Below the pieces are notes generated by a model, which was not told the origin of the DNA, made no database searches, and worked only from the letters and a program-made list of their open reading frames with translations. From contig JABFXC010000054.1 of NCBI GenBank assembly GCA_013361935.1, forward strand, positions 678 to 64,677: 64,000 bases of DNA, given 5' to 3'. The position numbers were made by a program, and so were the translations under genes. Positions 53,115-62,730 of the stretch are shown here, piece after piece. How positions within the stretch are numbered: the first letter of the stretch is position 1; the number at the start of each line of letters is the position of its first letter. The DNA comes from Gemmatimonadaceae bacterium (lineage in GTDB: Bacteria > Gemmatimonadota > Gemmatimonadetes > Gemmatimonadales > Gemmatimonadaceae).

Positions 53115-53299
53115 GGCGCTCCGGGGGGAGGAGGGTCGCGTGCGTCGGCGTCGAGCATGGGCGGGACGGGGAGGATGAGCAAGCTCTCATCGAGTGGTAG
53201 TTGCAGCTGCCCTATCGAAGTCCTGCTGTCGGCCGGCCGCTGTCGTTGAGCCGCTGTTGCCGAACAGCCGGGTCGACGGCGAGGGATCGCGGACGACGC

Positions 53300-54475
53300 T
53301 TACAGCGGTTCCGTCCCCTCCTCGAGGATGCGCAGGTACGCGGAATACCCGAAGAGACGGTTTCGCCGCCGTCCCGTGAGCTCGCGCGCAATCTTCATGT
53401 CGCGCAGTGTCATCAGCGACTTCGTAATCGCGGGAACCGACATCCCCGTTGCGGCAGCGACTTGGCCGATCGATGCCACTGGACGCGCGCGCAACGCGCC
53501 GTGCACTCGCAGAACGGTGCTGGCGGCGCGGCCGAGTTCCTGGATGCGATCCTGATCGCGCTTGAACAGTTTGACGAGCCGCTGGGCTGTGTTGACCGCG
53601 CCGCTCGCCGTCTCGGTCACTCCGTCCGCGAAGAACCCGACCCACCCTTCCCACTCGCCCTTCGTCCGAATTCGATCGAGCCAGCCGTAGTACGCGTCGC
53701 GATTTTTCTTCAGGTAGAGACTGAGATAGAGCAGGGGTTCGCTCAGCACTCCCTCGACGCAAAGAAGCAGTGTCACCATGAGTCGCCCGAGGCGCCCATT
53801 CCCGTCGAGGAAGGGGTGGATCGTCTCGAACTGCACGTGCGCGAGAGCCGCTTTGAGAAGTGGGGAAGTACGCTCCGGTTGATCGTGCAGCCACTTCTCC
53901 AGCGCGCCCATGCAGTCGGGGAGATGTTGCGGCGGTGGCGGGACGAACGATGCGTTTCCTGGGCGGCTTCCCCCGATCCAGTTCTGCGACGTGCGGAAGT
54001 CGCCCGGCTGCTTCGCTCGCCCCCGCCCTCTGGACAGCAGCACTCCGTGGATCTCGCGGAAGAGCCGATTGGAAAGTGGGAAGCCCTCGCGAATTCGCTT
54101 CAGCCCGTGATCGAGTGCCGCGACGTAGTTCGAAACCTCGACCACGTCGTCCATCGGCACCCCCGGCGCATCGCTGGCTTCGAAGAGCAGAAGATCCGAA
54201 AGGGACGACTGAGTGCCCTCGATCTGGGAGGAAAGTACCGCTTCCTTCCTGACGTATGTATAGAGGAAGAGGTGGGTATCCGGCAGCAGCGTCGTCACGC
54301 TATCCAGGCGACCGACCGCGAGCAATGCAGCATCGAGTTTGTCGCGCAGCGCCGCGTCGATCTGAAGCGGTGGCTCCGGCGGCAGGGGTGCCGGAATGAA
54401 GGCCTTGACGCGTTCGCCCCCGACTACCGAAGTGGTCTCGTACCGGCCGGTTGGGCCGCGGGTTGTCTGCCGCAT
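53300..54475 (-). CDS. Fic-family protein (class II, intramolecular inhibitory helix) with C-terminal wHTH-like tail
   Basis: HPFLDGNGRLGR is the Fic motif HxFx(D/E)GNGRxxR. The N-terminal VLSSQIEGTQ contains (S/T)xxxE(G/N). C-terminal IGQVAAATGMSVPAITKSLMTLRDMKIARE looks like an HTH. Confidence 0.9.
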   Translation of the reverse strand: MRQTTRGPTGRYETTSVVGGERVKAFIPAPLPPEPPLQIDAALRDKLDAALLAVGRLDSVTTLLPDTHLFLYTYVRKEAVLSSQIEGTQSSLSDLLLFEASDAPGVPMDDVVEVSNYVAALDHGLKRIREGFPLSNRLFREIHGVLLSRGRGRAKQPGDFRTSQNWIGGSRPGNASFVPPPPQHLPDCMGALEKWLHDQPERTSPLLKAALAHVQFETIHPFLDGNGRLGRLMVTLLLCVEGVLSEPLLYLSLYLKKNRDAYYGWLDRIRTKGEWEGWVGFFADGVTETASGAVNTAQRLVKLFKRDQDRIQELGRAASTVLRVHGALRARPVASIGQVAAATGMSVPAITKSLMTLRDMKIARELTGRRRNRLFGYSAYLRILEEGTEPL

Positions 54476-54517
54476 TCGGATAGGCCGCTATTAAACACTG
54501 GTGAATAGGCGATACCG

Positions 54518-54549
54518 TTATTAAACAAATATGGCGTTTTGTTTAATAA
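54518..54549. promoter_or_regulatory. Perfect 12-bp AT-rich inverted repeat immediately upstream of the Fic gene (candidate operator)
   Basis: TTATTAAACAAA-tatggcgt-TTTGTTTAATAA. An additional half-site CTATTAAACA lies at about 54489-54498. This is the most AT-rich stretch in the window. Confidence 0.5.
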
Positions 54550-54572
54550 GCGCAACCACGTCCTGAGATAGC

Positions 54573-57500
54573 TCAGGCCACCGCCGCAGCGAATGCCTGG
54601 AACAGATCCCCCGGCAATGGATGCCGTAGCCGCCACGTCACCGCCATCGGTAGCTCACCGACGTGCTTCACATACGTCGCCGGCCCGAGAAAGTAGAAGG
54701 CGCGATCATCGGCATTGAGTCGCGCGAAGAGAAGGATCTGGTGCCCCATCGCGACGTGATTCTGGTACCGGCGCCCCATCGGACTCCCGGCGCGCGTAGT
54801 CGACTGGCTCTCCCAGTGAATGAGCTCCCGGCTGATCGCATAGTCCCGATAGCGCGTCGTCGGCGAGAACTGGCCGCTCGTCTTGTCGAGGGTGAAGACG
54901 AAGAGATCCGCCTTCAGCGCCTTGTCGAAATACAGTCCCTCACGCCAAGGCCGCACCTTCACCTTGTCGTCCGCGCCGCAGGCAGCGAGCATCTCGAGGC
55001 GCGCGTACCGGGCGTGCACGTTCAGCGGGACTTCAGGCAGCACATCGAGCGCGAGCGCCACGTGCGGGATGCGCTCGGCGAGAACGTCGAACAGCTCGAT
55101 CAACTCGACCCGGATCGCGGCGTGCTTCCAGACCAGCCGCGCACCTTCTTCCAACGTCGTGTCCGACTCCGCGATCCGGTCGAGCAGTTGTACCACGAGC
55201 ATCCTGAGCAGCCGGCGCTCGCGCAGCGGCAGGGAGGCGACCGCTGGCGGCTCGTCGCCGCGCAGCCACTGCCGCCAGGTATCGAGTCGCTCCCGGTCGT
55301 CCACATGGAGAAGACGGCCGCACGCACGCCGCAGCGTCTCTTCTTCGTCTCCCGAGACCACCGGGCCGAGCCCCGCTGCCGCTCGCAGGTCGGCCCATGA
55401 GTACTTCCCGGTGTAGACGTCCTCGAGATCGAGCCCCGACCCCCGCAGAAACTGACCGAGCGTGATCCCCGGCTGCTCGGTGGCGAGTGCCTTCAGCTCC
55501 GCCGCCTTCTCGCTCCAGCGGTTAGGCACCGAGTATCTGATGTTCTCGAGCACCCGCTCGGTCGCCTTCCGATCGAGCTCCATGTGGCAGCCCGCCGGAA
55601 GGAAGGGGAATCCTTCGGCGACCTGCCGAGTCACGGATGCTCGACTCCCGCCGAGCAACGCCTGGAAGCGCCGATCGTAGCGGAACTCCTTCCGATGCTC
55701 ACCGACGAAATCGAGGACGGTGCACAACGTCTTGTCCGGAGCCTTTCGCAGCCCGCGGCCGAGCTGCTGGAGGAAGAGCACCGCGCTGTCGGTCGGCCGG
55801 AGCATCAACAGCGCATCCACGGCCGGAACGTCGACGCCTTCGTTGAAGAGATCGACCGAGAAGAGGACGTTGATCTCACCCTTTGCGAGCCGGGCAAGTG
55901 CCTGGCGTCGCTCGTCGTCGGGCGTGTCCGCCCATACCGCGACCGCGCGCACCCCCTGCTCGCTGAACACCCGCGCCATGTACCGCGCGTGAGCGACGCT
56001 GACACAGAAGCCGAGAGTGCGAAAGCGATCGATGCGGCCGACGTGCTTCGCGAACTGCTGAAGGACGCTGCGCGCCCATGCGTCGTTCGCGGTTATGAGA
56101 TTCGTCAGCCCTTCGACGTCGTAGCCGGTGCCTCGCTTCCAGGGGATTTCGCGCAGGTCGAGATTGTCGGCGACTCCGTAGTACGCGAAGGGAGTGAGCC
56201 GATGCTGATCGATCGCGTCCCAGAGCCGCAGCTCGGCGGCGATGCGGTCGTCGAACCAGTGGAGGATCGGCAGCCCATCGCTGCGCTCCGGTGTCGCGGT
56301 GAGCCCGAGAAGCTCGACCGGCGCGAGCTTCGACAACAACCGCTCGTACGACGCCGCCGCCGCGTGATGGAACTCGTCGATGATGACGACGTCGAAGTGC
56401 TGCGGACTCAGGTCGGCGAGGCCACTCGCGCTCAGAGACTGGATCGAGGCGAAGACGTGCTCGAAGTCGCGTGGCCGTTTGCCGCCGACCCAGAGCTCCC
56501 CGAAGTTTGCGTCACGCTGCGCATGCGCGAAGGTGCGGCGGCTCTGCTCGAGGATCTCCTCGCGGTGGGCGACGAAGAGAAGCCGGGCGCGCTTGAGCGT
56601 ACGACGAAGCCGCGCATAATCGACCGCAGCCATGACTGTCTTGCCGGTCCCAGTCGCGGAGACAAGCAGGTTGCGGTGACGCCCCTGCTGACGGGCGAGC
56701 TCGATCTCCTCGAGAAGCCGCTCCTGAAACGGCTCGAGGCGGATCTCGATCGGACTCAGTGTGAGACCTGCCTCCGCCTTTTCATTCGTGCCGATTGCTT
56801 CGACGAACCGTTCGCGGTCGTACGGGGCGAAGTCAGGCTGCTGCCAATAGCTGTCGAAGACGGCTGCAATCTTCTCGATGACGGGCCGATTGCGGGCGCT
56901 CGACACGCGCACGTTCCACTCGAGCCCAGTCACCTGCGCCGAGTGCGTGAGGTTCGAGGAGCCGACGTAGGCAGTCGAGTAGCCGGAATCGCGATGGAAG
57001 AGCCACGCCTTCGCGTGCAGCCGCGTACCGCCCGTCTCGTACGACACGCGCACCTCGGCGCCGAGCTCGGCGAGGAGGTCGAGCGCCTCGGCTTCGGTCG
57101 AACCCGTGTAGGTCGTGGTGAGCACGCGGATCGGACGGCCAGCGTCGACATGTCGCTGGAGCGCTTCGCGCATCGGGTTGATCCCGGTGCGTCGGATGAA
57201 GGCCATGACGATGTCGATCCGGTCCGCGGAGGCGATCTCCGCCTGGATCTGGTGTCCGACGCGTGGCTCTCCGGGCGCGTTGGTGAGGAGCGTCGTGTCG
57301 AGGAGCGGGATCAGCGGCGCTTCGAGCTCGTCGACGCTGCCATCCGGCTTTCGTCCGCGGATCGCGCGGAGGATCCGGGCCGGATCGACGGGACGCTCGG
57401 CGCCGAGTGCCTCGGTCTTCGGCTCCTGCGCGATCTGATCGACGAGGCGGCGCGCGATGGCGGTGCCAAGGTTGGCTCGCTCCTCGAGAGGGAACGTCTC

Positions 57501-57668
57501 GACAGCACGTTCGACGACGGAGGCGATGTGAAGGGCGATGCGGTCTGCTGCCTCCGCATTGCGCAGATCGGCGATGGCCGGATCGCCCGGGAGGCCGGGC
57601 TGAGCTAGTTGCTCGGCGAGCGATTCTGTGAGCAGAAGCTCGTAAAGGCCGCGGGGGCGGGGAGGCAT
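54573..57668 (-). CDS. HKD (PLD-like) nuclease - SF2 helicase - DUF3427 fusion protein
   Basis: 1031 aa. HKD motif RLHAKAWLFHRDSGYSTAYVGSSNLT. Walker A SATGTGKT, DEFHH box, TATPER, and motif VI QQLGRGLR. The C-terminal DLFVFTLDKTSGQFSPTTRYRDYAISRELIHWESQSTT...ILLFAR matches my memory of DUF3427. Confidence 0.85.
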   Translation of the reverse strand: MPPRPRGLYELLLTESLAEQLAQPGLPGDPAIADLRNAEAADRIALHIASVVERAVETFPLEERANLGTAIARRLVDQIAQEPKTEALGAERPVDPARILRAIRGRKPDGSVDELEAPLIPLLDTTLLTNAPGEPRVGHQIQAEIASADRIDIVMAFIRRTGINPMREALQRHVDAGRPIRVLTTTYTGSTEAEALDLLAELGAEVRVSYETGGTRLHAKAWLFHRDSGYSTAYVGSSNLTHSAQVTGLEWNVRVSSARNRPVIEKIAAVFDSYWQQPDFAPYDRERFVEAIGTNEKAEAGLTLSPIEIRLEPFQERLLEEIELARQQGRHRNLLVSATGTGKTVMAAVDYARLRRTLKRARLLFVAHREEILEQSRRTFAHAQRDANFGELWVGGKRPRDFEHVFASIQSLSASGLADLSPQHFDVVIIDEFHHAAAASYERLLSKLAPVELLGLTATPERSDGLPILHWFDDRIAAELRLWDAIDQHRLTPFAYYGVADNLDLREIPWKRGTGYDVEGLTNLITANDAWARSVLQQFAKHVGRIDRFRTLGFCVSVAHARYMARVFSEQGVRAVAVWADTPDDERRQALARLAKGEINVLFSVDLFNEGVDVPAVDALLMLRPTDSAVLFLQQLGRGLRKAPDKTLCTVLDFVGEHRKEFRYDRRFQALLGGSRASVTRQVAEGFPFLPAGCHMELDRKATERVLENIRYSVPNRWSEKAAELKALATEQPGITLGQFLRGSGLDLEDVYTGKYSWADLRAAAGLGPVVSGDEEETLRRACGRLLHVDDRERLDTWRQWLRGDEPPAVASLPLRERRLLRMLVVQLLDRIAESDTTLEEGARLVWKHAAIRVELIELFDVLAERIPHVALALDVLPEVPLNVHARYARLEMLAACGADDKVKVRPWREGLYFDKALKADLFVFTLDKTSGQFSPTTRYRDYAISRELIHWESQSTTRAGSPMGRRYQNHVAMGHQILLFARLNADDRAFYFLGPATYVKHVGELPMAVTWRLRHPLPGDLFQAFAAAVA

Positions 57669-57719
57669 CCCGCCGAAGATACGCCTAACGGGCTGCTTGG
57701 CCAGGCTGGCTGCTTCGGG

Positions 57720-58127
57720 TCAGCCCCGGATGGGCTGGCGTGAGGCGCGTTGTGCGAGCGCGAACTCGACGAATTGGCGGTCGGTGGGGGCGAGGGGGAG
57801 CGATTGGATCTCGTGGAGGGTTGCCCAGCGGAGCTCGGAGTGCTCGACGCAGGTGGGGTCGCCGCGGATCTCGGTTGGGACGAACTCGATGACGAATGGG
57901 GAGCCGGGGTCGGCAAACGACACTAACGGTTCGCCGACTTTGACGGCGGCTACGCCGAGTTCTTCCTGGAGTTCGCGGTTGGCGGCGTCGAGAAGGGATT
58001 CGTCAGGCTCGAGTTTGCCACCGGGGAATTCCCAGAGGTTTCCGTGGCGTTTGTGGGGTGGGCGTTTGCAGATGAGGTAGCGGTCGGCGCGCTTGATGAC
58101 GGCGGCGAGAACTTGGATTGCGGACAT
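57720..58127 (-). CDS. NUDIX hydrolase, MutT/NudG-like
   Basis: 135 aa. Nudix box GGKLEPDESLLDAANRELQEELGV, preceded by WEFPGG. Confidence 0.85.
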   Translation of the reverse strand: MSAIQVLAAVIKRADRYLICKRPPHKRHGNLWEFPGGKLEPDESLLDAANRELQEELGVAAVKVGEPLVSFADPGSPFVIEFVPTEIRGDPTCVEHSELRWATLHEIQSLPLAPTDRQFVEFALAQRASRQPIRG

Positions 58128-58289
58128 GTGTTGCTGGCGTGGCTTGGAGAGGCGCGATAATAGCGGCGGCGCCGCGCCGCGGGGAGATCCCTCCGTGGCG
58201 AGGCAATAGGACCGGCCAACGAGGCGTTACGGAGCGACCCGCGTTTCGGCCGCGTTCGTCACGCGACGACGCCTGCGTTCACCTCACGA

Positions 58290-60782
58290 TCACGACGCGG
58301 GTTTCGCCGACTCCTTCACCATCCGCTCGAGCTCGCGGGCCACGGCGCGCCGTGTCTCCGGGTACTTCAGCGTCGCCTGCGCCGCCTGGAGCGCCGGGAG
58401 CGCCACCTTCGAATCCATCCCGCGCGTCAGAGCGCTGACCGCCCATCGCCGCACCCACGCGCGCTGGTCGTTCAGGTCGGACACGAGAAGATCGAGCGCG
58501 TGACGGCTGCCGCGCGATGCCATCGCGCCGAGAGCGAAGACGGGGAGCTGCTGGTCGCCGACGAGCTGTTGCACCTGGGCGAGCATCGTCGTGTCGGCGG
58601 TCCGCACGATCGCGCGCAGCGCCGCGGTCTGGATCGCGTCGCGGTAGCTCGGCGTCGAGAGCCCCTGCGTGATCAGCGCACGGCGGCTCGCGCTGTCCAG
58701 TCGAATCAGCGCGTCGAGCGCGGCAGCGCGCACCGCGTAGCTCGAGTCGCTCTGCCAGGCCGCGCGCGCCAGCTCGATCGAGCGCGCGCCGCCGAGCTGA
58801 CCGAGCGCGGTCATCGCCGCCTGCCGCACCTGGCTGGAGGTGTCGTGTGCAACGCGTGCCAGCGCGGCTGACGAGACCTCGCCGGGCACCGCGCCGAGCG
58901 CGGTCGCGGCATGCACGCGCGTGAGGTAGTAGTCGGCGCCTGTAGCCGCCTCGGCGAGGGCGCGAGCGGCGGCGCTGTCGGCGGGACGCTTCGCGAGCTG
59001 CGCGATCGCCCACTGGCGGTCCCACAGGTCGGCGTCCGAGCGGAGCTGCTGCGCCAGCCACGCCGTCGGCTGGTCGAAGGTCAGCTTCTTCAACACGTGG
59101 TTGCCGTCGTCGAACACGACCATCGTCGGCGCGCCGGTGAGCGAGTCGACGACGACGGTGTCCTCGCGCTGATCGATCGTCACGCGGCGTACGACGTCCC
59201 CGCTCACGGTCCCGACGCGCACGTCGAGCGGCATGCGGAACACTTCCGGAACGACGTAGCGCATCCCCGCGCTGTCGGCCGGGAGCGTATCGCGCTGCGT
59301 CTGGCGCACCACGAGCCGCAACCGCCGCGCGGTCGAGTCATACGCGGCACTCACCGTGAACTCCGGATAGCCCGCTGAGTAGATCCACTCGTTCCAGAAC
59401 CAGTCCAGGTTCTCGCCGGTCGCGTCGAGGAAGGCCTGCCGGAGATCGTCGGTGGTGGCGTTGTCGAGCGCGTGCCGCGCGAGGTAGCGGTTGATCCCCG
59501 CCCAGAAGCGCTGCTCGCCGAGATGATGCTTCAGCATCTCGAGGACGAGCGCGCCCTTCGGGTAGATGTTGTTCGACTCGAGGGCGGCGAGCGGCATCCG
59601 GCGCCGCGCGTCGATGTCCATGAACGAGCGGTACTCGTCGACGTAGTAATCCTGCTCGGCGTGCGCGCCACGCTTCGTCGCCCAGTACTGCCCGGGCATG
59701 AACTCGGCGAACCCTTCGTTGAGCCAGCTGTTCGCCCAGTTTTCCGTGGTGACGTAGTCGCCGAACCACTGATGCGCGAGCTCGTGCGGGATGAGGATGT
59801 ACTGGTACCATGGGCGGTCCTGATACGCGCGCGCGTCGGGGAGCCAGTCGACGAGCGTGGTGGCGCTCACGTTCTCCATCCCGCCGAAGAAGTCGGCGAC
59901 GGTCGTCTGCGCGTACTTCGCCCATGGGTAATCGACGCCCGTCAGGCGCGAGTACACGGCGATCATGTCCGGCGTGACGTGAAAGAGCCGCCACGCGAGC
60001 GCGCTGTCGGCGTGATAGACGTAGTAGTCCACCGGCACGCCGCGCCACGAGTCGTGCACCTTCGCCAGCGGCGCGACGATCAGCGACACGAGGTACGTCG
60101 CGCTCGGGCGTTCCTGGGTCCACGTCATGGTTCGCGTGCCGCCGGCGCCGCGGGTGTCGCGCGCGAGCCGGCCGTTGGAGACGGCGACATAACCCGCCGG
60201 CACCGTCGCCTCGAGCTCCCAGGTCATCTTGTCGTTCGGGAAGTCGTACGTCGGGAACCAGAAGTGGTTGTCCATGTCCTCGCCCTGACTCCAGATCTGG
60301 CGAGGCGTGTGCGGCCGCTGCTCGATGTAGGTGAGCCCGCGGCCGTTCTCGACCTTCCCGTCGTAGTCGATCGTGAAGCGCACCGTCTCTCGGAAGGCCG
60401 CCGGCCGAGCGAGGAAGACGACGAGCGTGTCGCCGTGCCTGGCGGTCCGGAGCGGGGTCCCGCGCGCGTCCTTCACCGTCCGCACGCCGAGCAGCGCGCC
60501 GGCGTCGAGGACGACGGAGTCGAGCGCGGGGCGCAGCGCGACGAGGGTGGTGGCGACGCTGCCCTTGAACGAGGTCGAGTCCCAGTCGAAGTCGCGCAGC
60601 GCGATGCGCTGATGCACGAGGTCGTAGTCGTGCGAGCGCGTGTAGCGGTCGTTCGCGATGCGCTCGAGGTTCGGATTCCCCGCCGGCGCCGTGGGCGCGG
60701 GGCGCGGGGCGGGCGTCGGCTGCTGAGCGGCGAGCGGCGAGGTCGCGAGCGCGACGGCAGCGAGGAGGGGTACGGGTCGCAT
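58290..60782 (-). CDS. M1-family aminopeptidase (aminopeptidase N-like) with C-terminal HEAT-like repeats
   Basis: GGMEN exopeptidase motif, HELAHQWFGD zinc motif and downstream WLNEGFAEF. Start taken at MRPVPLLAAVALATSPLAAQ (signal peptide); an alternative ATG lies at 60836. Confidence 0.85.
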   Translation of the reverse strand: MRPVPLLAAVALATSPLAAQQPTPAPRPAPTAPAGNPNLERIANDRYTRSHDYDLVHQRIALRDFDWDSTSFKGSVATTLVALRPALDSVVLDAGALLGVRTVKDARGTPLRTARHGDTLVVFLARPAAFRETVRFTIDYDGKVENGRGLTYIEQRPHTPRQIWSQGEDMDNHFWFPTYDFPNDKMTWELEATVPAGYVAVSNGRLARDTRGAGGTRTMTWTQERPSATYLVSLIVAPLAKVHDSWRGVPVDYYVYHADSALAWRLFHVTPDMIAVYSRLTGVDYPWAKYAQTTVADFFGGMENVSATTLVDWLPDARAYQDRPWYQYILIPHELAHQWFGDYVTTENWANSWLNEGFAEFMPGQYWATKRGAHAEQDYYVDEYRSFMDIDARRRMPLAALESNNIYPKGALVLEMLKHHLGEQRFWAGINRYLARHALDNATTDDLRQAFLDATGENLDWFWNEWIYSAGYPEFTVSAAYDSTARRLRLVVRQTQRDTLPADSAGMRYVVPEVFRMPLDVRVGTVSGDVVRRVTIDQREDTVVVDSLTGAPTMVVFDDGNHVLKKLTFDQPTAWLAQQLRSDADLWDRQWAIAQLAKRPADSAAARALAEAATGADYYLTRVHAATALGAVPGEVSSAALARVAHDTSSQVRQAAMTALGQLGGARSIELARAAWQSDSSYAVRAAALDALIRLDSASRRALITQGLSTPSYRDAIQTAALRAIVRTADTTMLAQVQQLVGDQQLPVFALGAMASRGSRHALDLLVSDLNDQRAWVRRWAVSALTRGMDSKVALPALQAAQATLKYPETRRAVARELERMVKESAKPAS

Positions 60783-61009
60783 GAAGGCTGGGCTCCAACG
60801 GCTGAACTGCGATTGCACGGGCGGCGCGGACGACATGGATACTATAGCTCCGTCCGCGTCATCCGTATCGGCCCTCCGCGCCCGGCATAGGGCGCTCGCC
60901 CTATTCCGGCGCACCGCTGTGTGCCAAACATTCGTGTCGACGAAGAACCGGGCGTGTGCCAACCAATTGGCGACGCTGGTTCGGCCCTCACCCCCCGGAG
61001 GTAGTTCGC

Positions 61010-62629
61010 ATGAAGCCCTTCGCTCGACACGCCCCGCCCCTGCGCGGACGCACCCTCGCCGGCGCCCTTGCGCTTCTCGTCGCGATCTCCGCCTGCTCCG
61101 ATCGCACCGCCGTCGGCCCGGACCGGCATGCCAGCCCACGGTCGCCCTCCGCGTCGCTCAACGACGGGACGACGCCGGCCGACGACGAGTACCAGCTCAC
61201 CGAACCGGCAAGTCTCGGTTCCCCCTTCCTCGGCCCCGCGGCGTTTGGGCCGCGGCTCCAGCAACTTCCGGGCGGCGCGATCACGGGACAGCCGGCGTTG
61301 GTGTCGTCCGGCCTGCCGAGCGCAGCGGGGTGCACGTCGTTCACCGACGACGTCGCCGGGAAGATCGCCCTCATTCGTCGCGGGACATGCGCCTTCACGG
61401 TCAAGGTGAAGAACGCACAGGACGCCGGGGCCATCGCCGTCATCATCTATGACAACGTGACCGAGGTGCTCCGCGGCATGGCGGGTACCGACGAGACGAT
61501 CACCATCCCAGCTCTCTTCGCCAGCGCCGCCCTCGGGCAGCAGCTGATCTCCACGAACCCGGCGGCGGAGACCCTGAGCGCCGTGGCCGGTGAATTCCCC
61601 ACCCTGAACCTTCCCGCGGACCTCACTGTCACCGCGACCACGGCGACGGCGACCGGCGTCGCCGTGCGCATTTCCATCGGTGCGACGGACAACTCGGGGT
61701 CGGCCAGCGTGAGTTGCTCTCTGCTCGACGACACCGGCAAACAAAATACGGTTCGGTCCTCGACTCTCACCGACGGCACCTTCGTCCTGCAGGACGTCAT
61801 CCCCTTCGGGAGCTGGACGGTGCGCTGCACCGCGAGCGACGCGGCCCAGAACACGACCTCCGGGAGCTTCGCGCTCGTCAGCCGCCCGATGGACACGACG
61901 CCGCCGACGGTCATGGTCCCGCCCGACCTCACCGTCGAGGCGACGGGTCCCGCCGGCGCAGCCGCCAGCTTCGCCGTGACCGCGACCGACGACAGGGATG
62001 GCCCCATCGCGCCCACCTGCACGGCGCCGTCCGGGTCGACCTTCCCGCTCGGCGTCACGACGGTGAGCTGCACTGCTACCGACGCCGCCGGGAATTCAGC
62101 GTCCGCCTCCTTCATGGTGAACGTCGTCGACACGCAGGCGCCGACGATTTCCGCACCCACGCCGATCACGGTGGACGCGACCTCGCCGGCAGGCGCGGTC
62201 GTGACCGTCCCCGCCCCGAACGCGACCGACGTCGTCGGCGTCGCGTTGGCGACGTGCGGAAGTGGCGCGCCGAGCACCTTCCCGATCGGGACGACGAACG
62301 TCACGTGCACCGCCTCCGACGCCGCGGGGAACGTCAGCACCGCGACTACCACGGTCACCGTCCGCGGCGCCCCCGAACAGATCGCCAACCTGATCCAGGC
62401 GACGACTGGCCTCGCTCTCTCGCCGACGCAGACGGCGCAGCTGGTGTCGGCGCTGCAGACCGCGCTCGACGATCCGCGCAACCTCCCGCGCGCATGCCGT
62501 GCGCTGGACGGCTACATCGCGCTCGTGCGGCTCGCCTCGCGCGGGACGCAGCCGGCCATCTCCATGGACCAGGCCGCGAAGCTCATCACCGATGCGACCC
62601 GCATCGAGGCGGTGCTCGGCTGCCGGTGA
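61010..62629 (+). CDS. Lipoprotein with PA (protease-associated) domain and about three HYR-like Ig repeats
   Basis: Lipobox LLVAISAC. PA domain GKIALIRRGTCAFTVKVKNAQDAGAIAVIIYDN. Repeated PPDLTVEATGPAGAAASFAVTATDDRDGPIAPTCTAPSGSTFPLGVTTVSCTATDAAGN-type modules. Confidence 0.75.
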   Translation: MKPFARHAPPLRGRTLAGALALLVAISACSDRTAVGPDRHASPRSPSASLNDGTTPADDEYQLTEPASLGSPFLGPAAFGPRLQQLPGGAITGQPALVSSGLPSAAGCTSFTDDVAGKIALIRRGTCAFTVKVKNAQDAGAIAVIIYDNVTEVLRGMAGTDETITIPALFASAALGQQLISTNPAAETLSAVAGEFPTLNLPADLTVTATTATATGVAVRISIGATDNSGSASVSCSLLDDTGKQNTVRSSTLTDGTFVLQDVIPFGSWTVRCTASDAAQNTTSGSFALVSRPMDTTPPTVMVPPDLTVEATGPAGAAASFAVTATDDRDGPIAPTCTAPSGSTFPLGVTTVSCTATDAAGNSASASFMVNVVDTQAPTISAPTPITVDATSPAGAVVTVPAPNATDVVGVALATCGSGAPSTFPIGTTNVTCTASDAAGNVSTATTTVTVRGAPEQIANLIQATTGLALSPTQTAQLVSALQTALDDPRNLPRACRALDGYIALVRLASRGTQPAISMDQAAKLITDATRIEAVLGCR

Positions 62630-62671
62630 GCGGGTGCCATGTCCTCGTAACAGCTAGCAACGGAGGTACGC

Positions 62672-62720
62672 GGGTCGGGACGGAGTTTCACGGAGCAGTC
62701 CGTGCGACTCCGTCCCGCCC
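62672..62720. terminator. Nested hairpin between convergent HYR-lipoprotein and ettA genes
   Basis: gggtcgggacggagt...cacgga-gcag-tccgtg...actccgtcccgccc. The outer stem is about 14 bp with one mismatch. Confidence 0.45.
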
Positions 62721-62730
62721 GATCACGCCC

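Noticed and set aside
53201-54508. 435-aa plus-strand ORF opposite the Fic gene.
   Set aside because: It is antisense to a CDS with a perfect Fic motif, and its own translation has no recognisable features.
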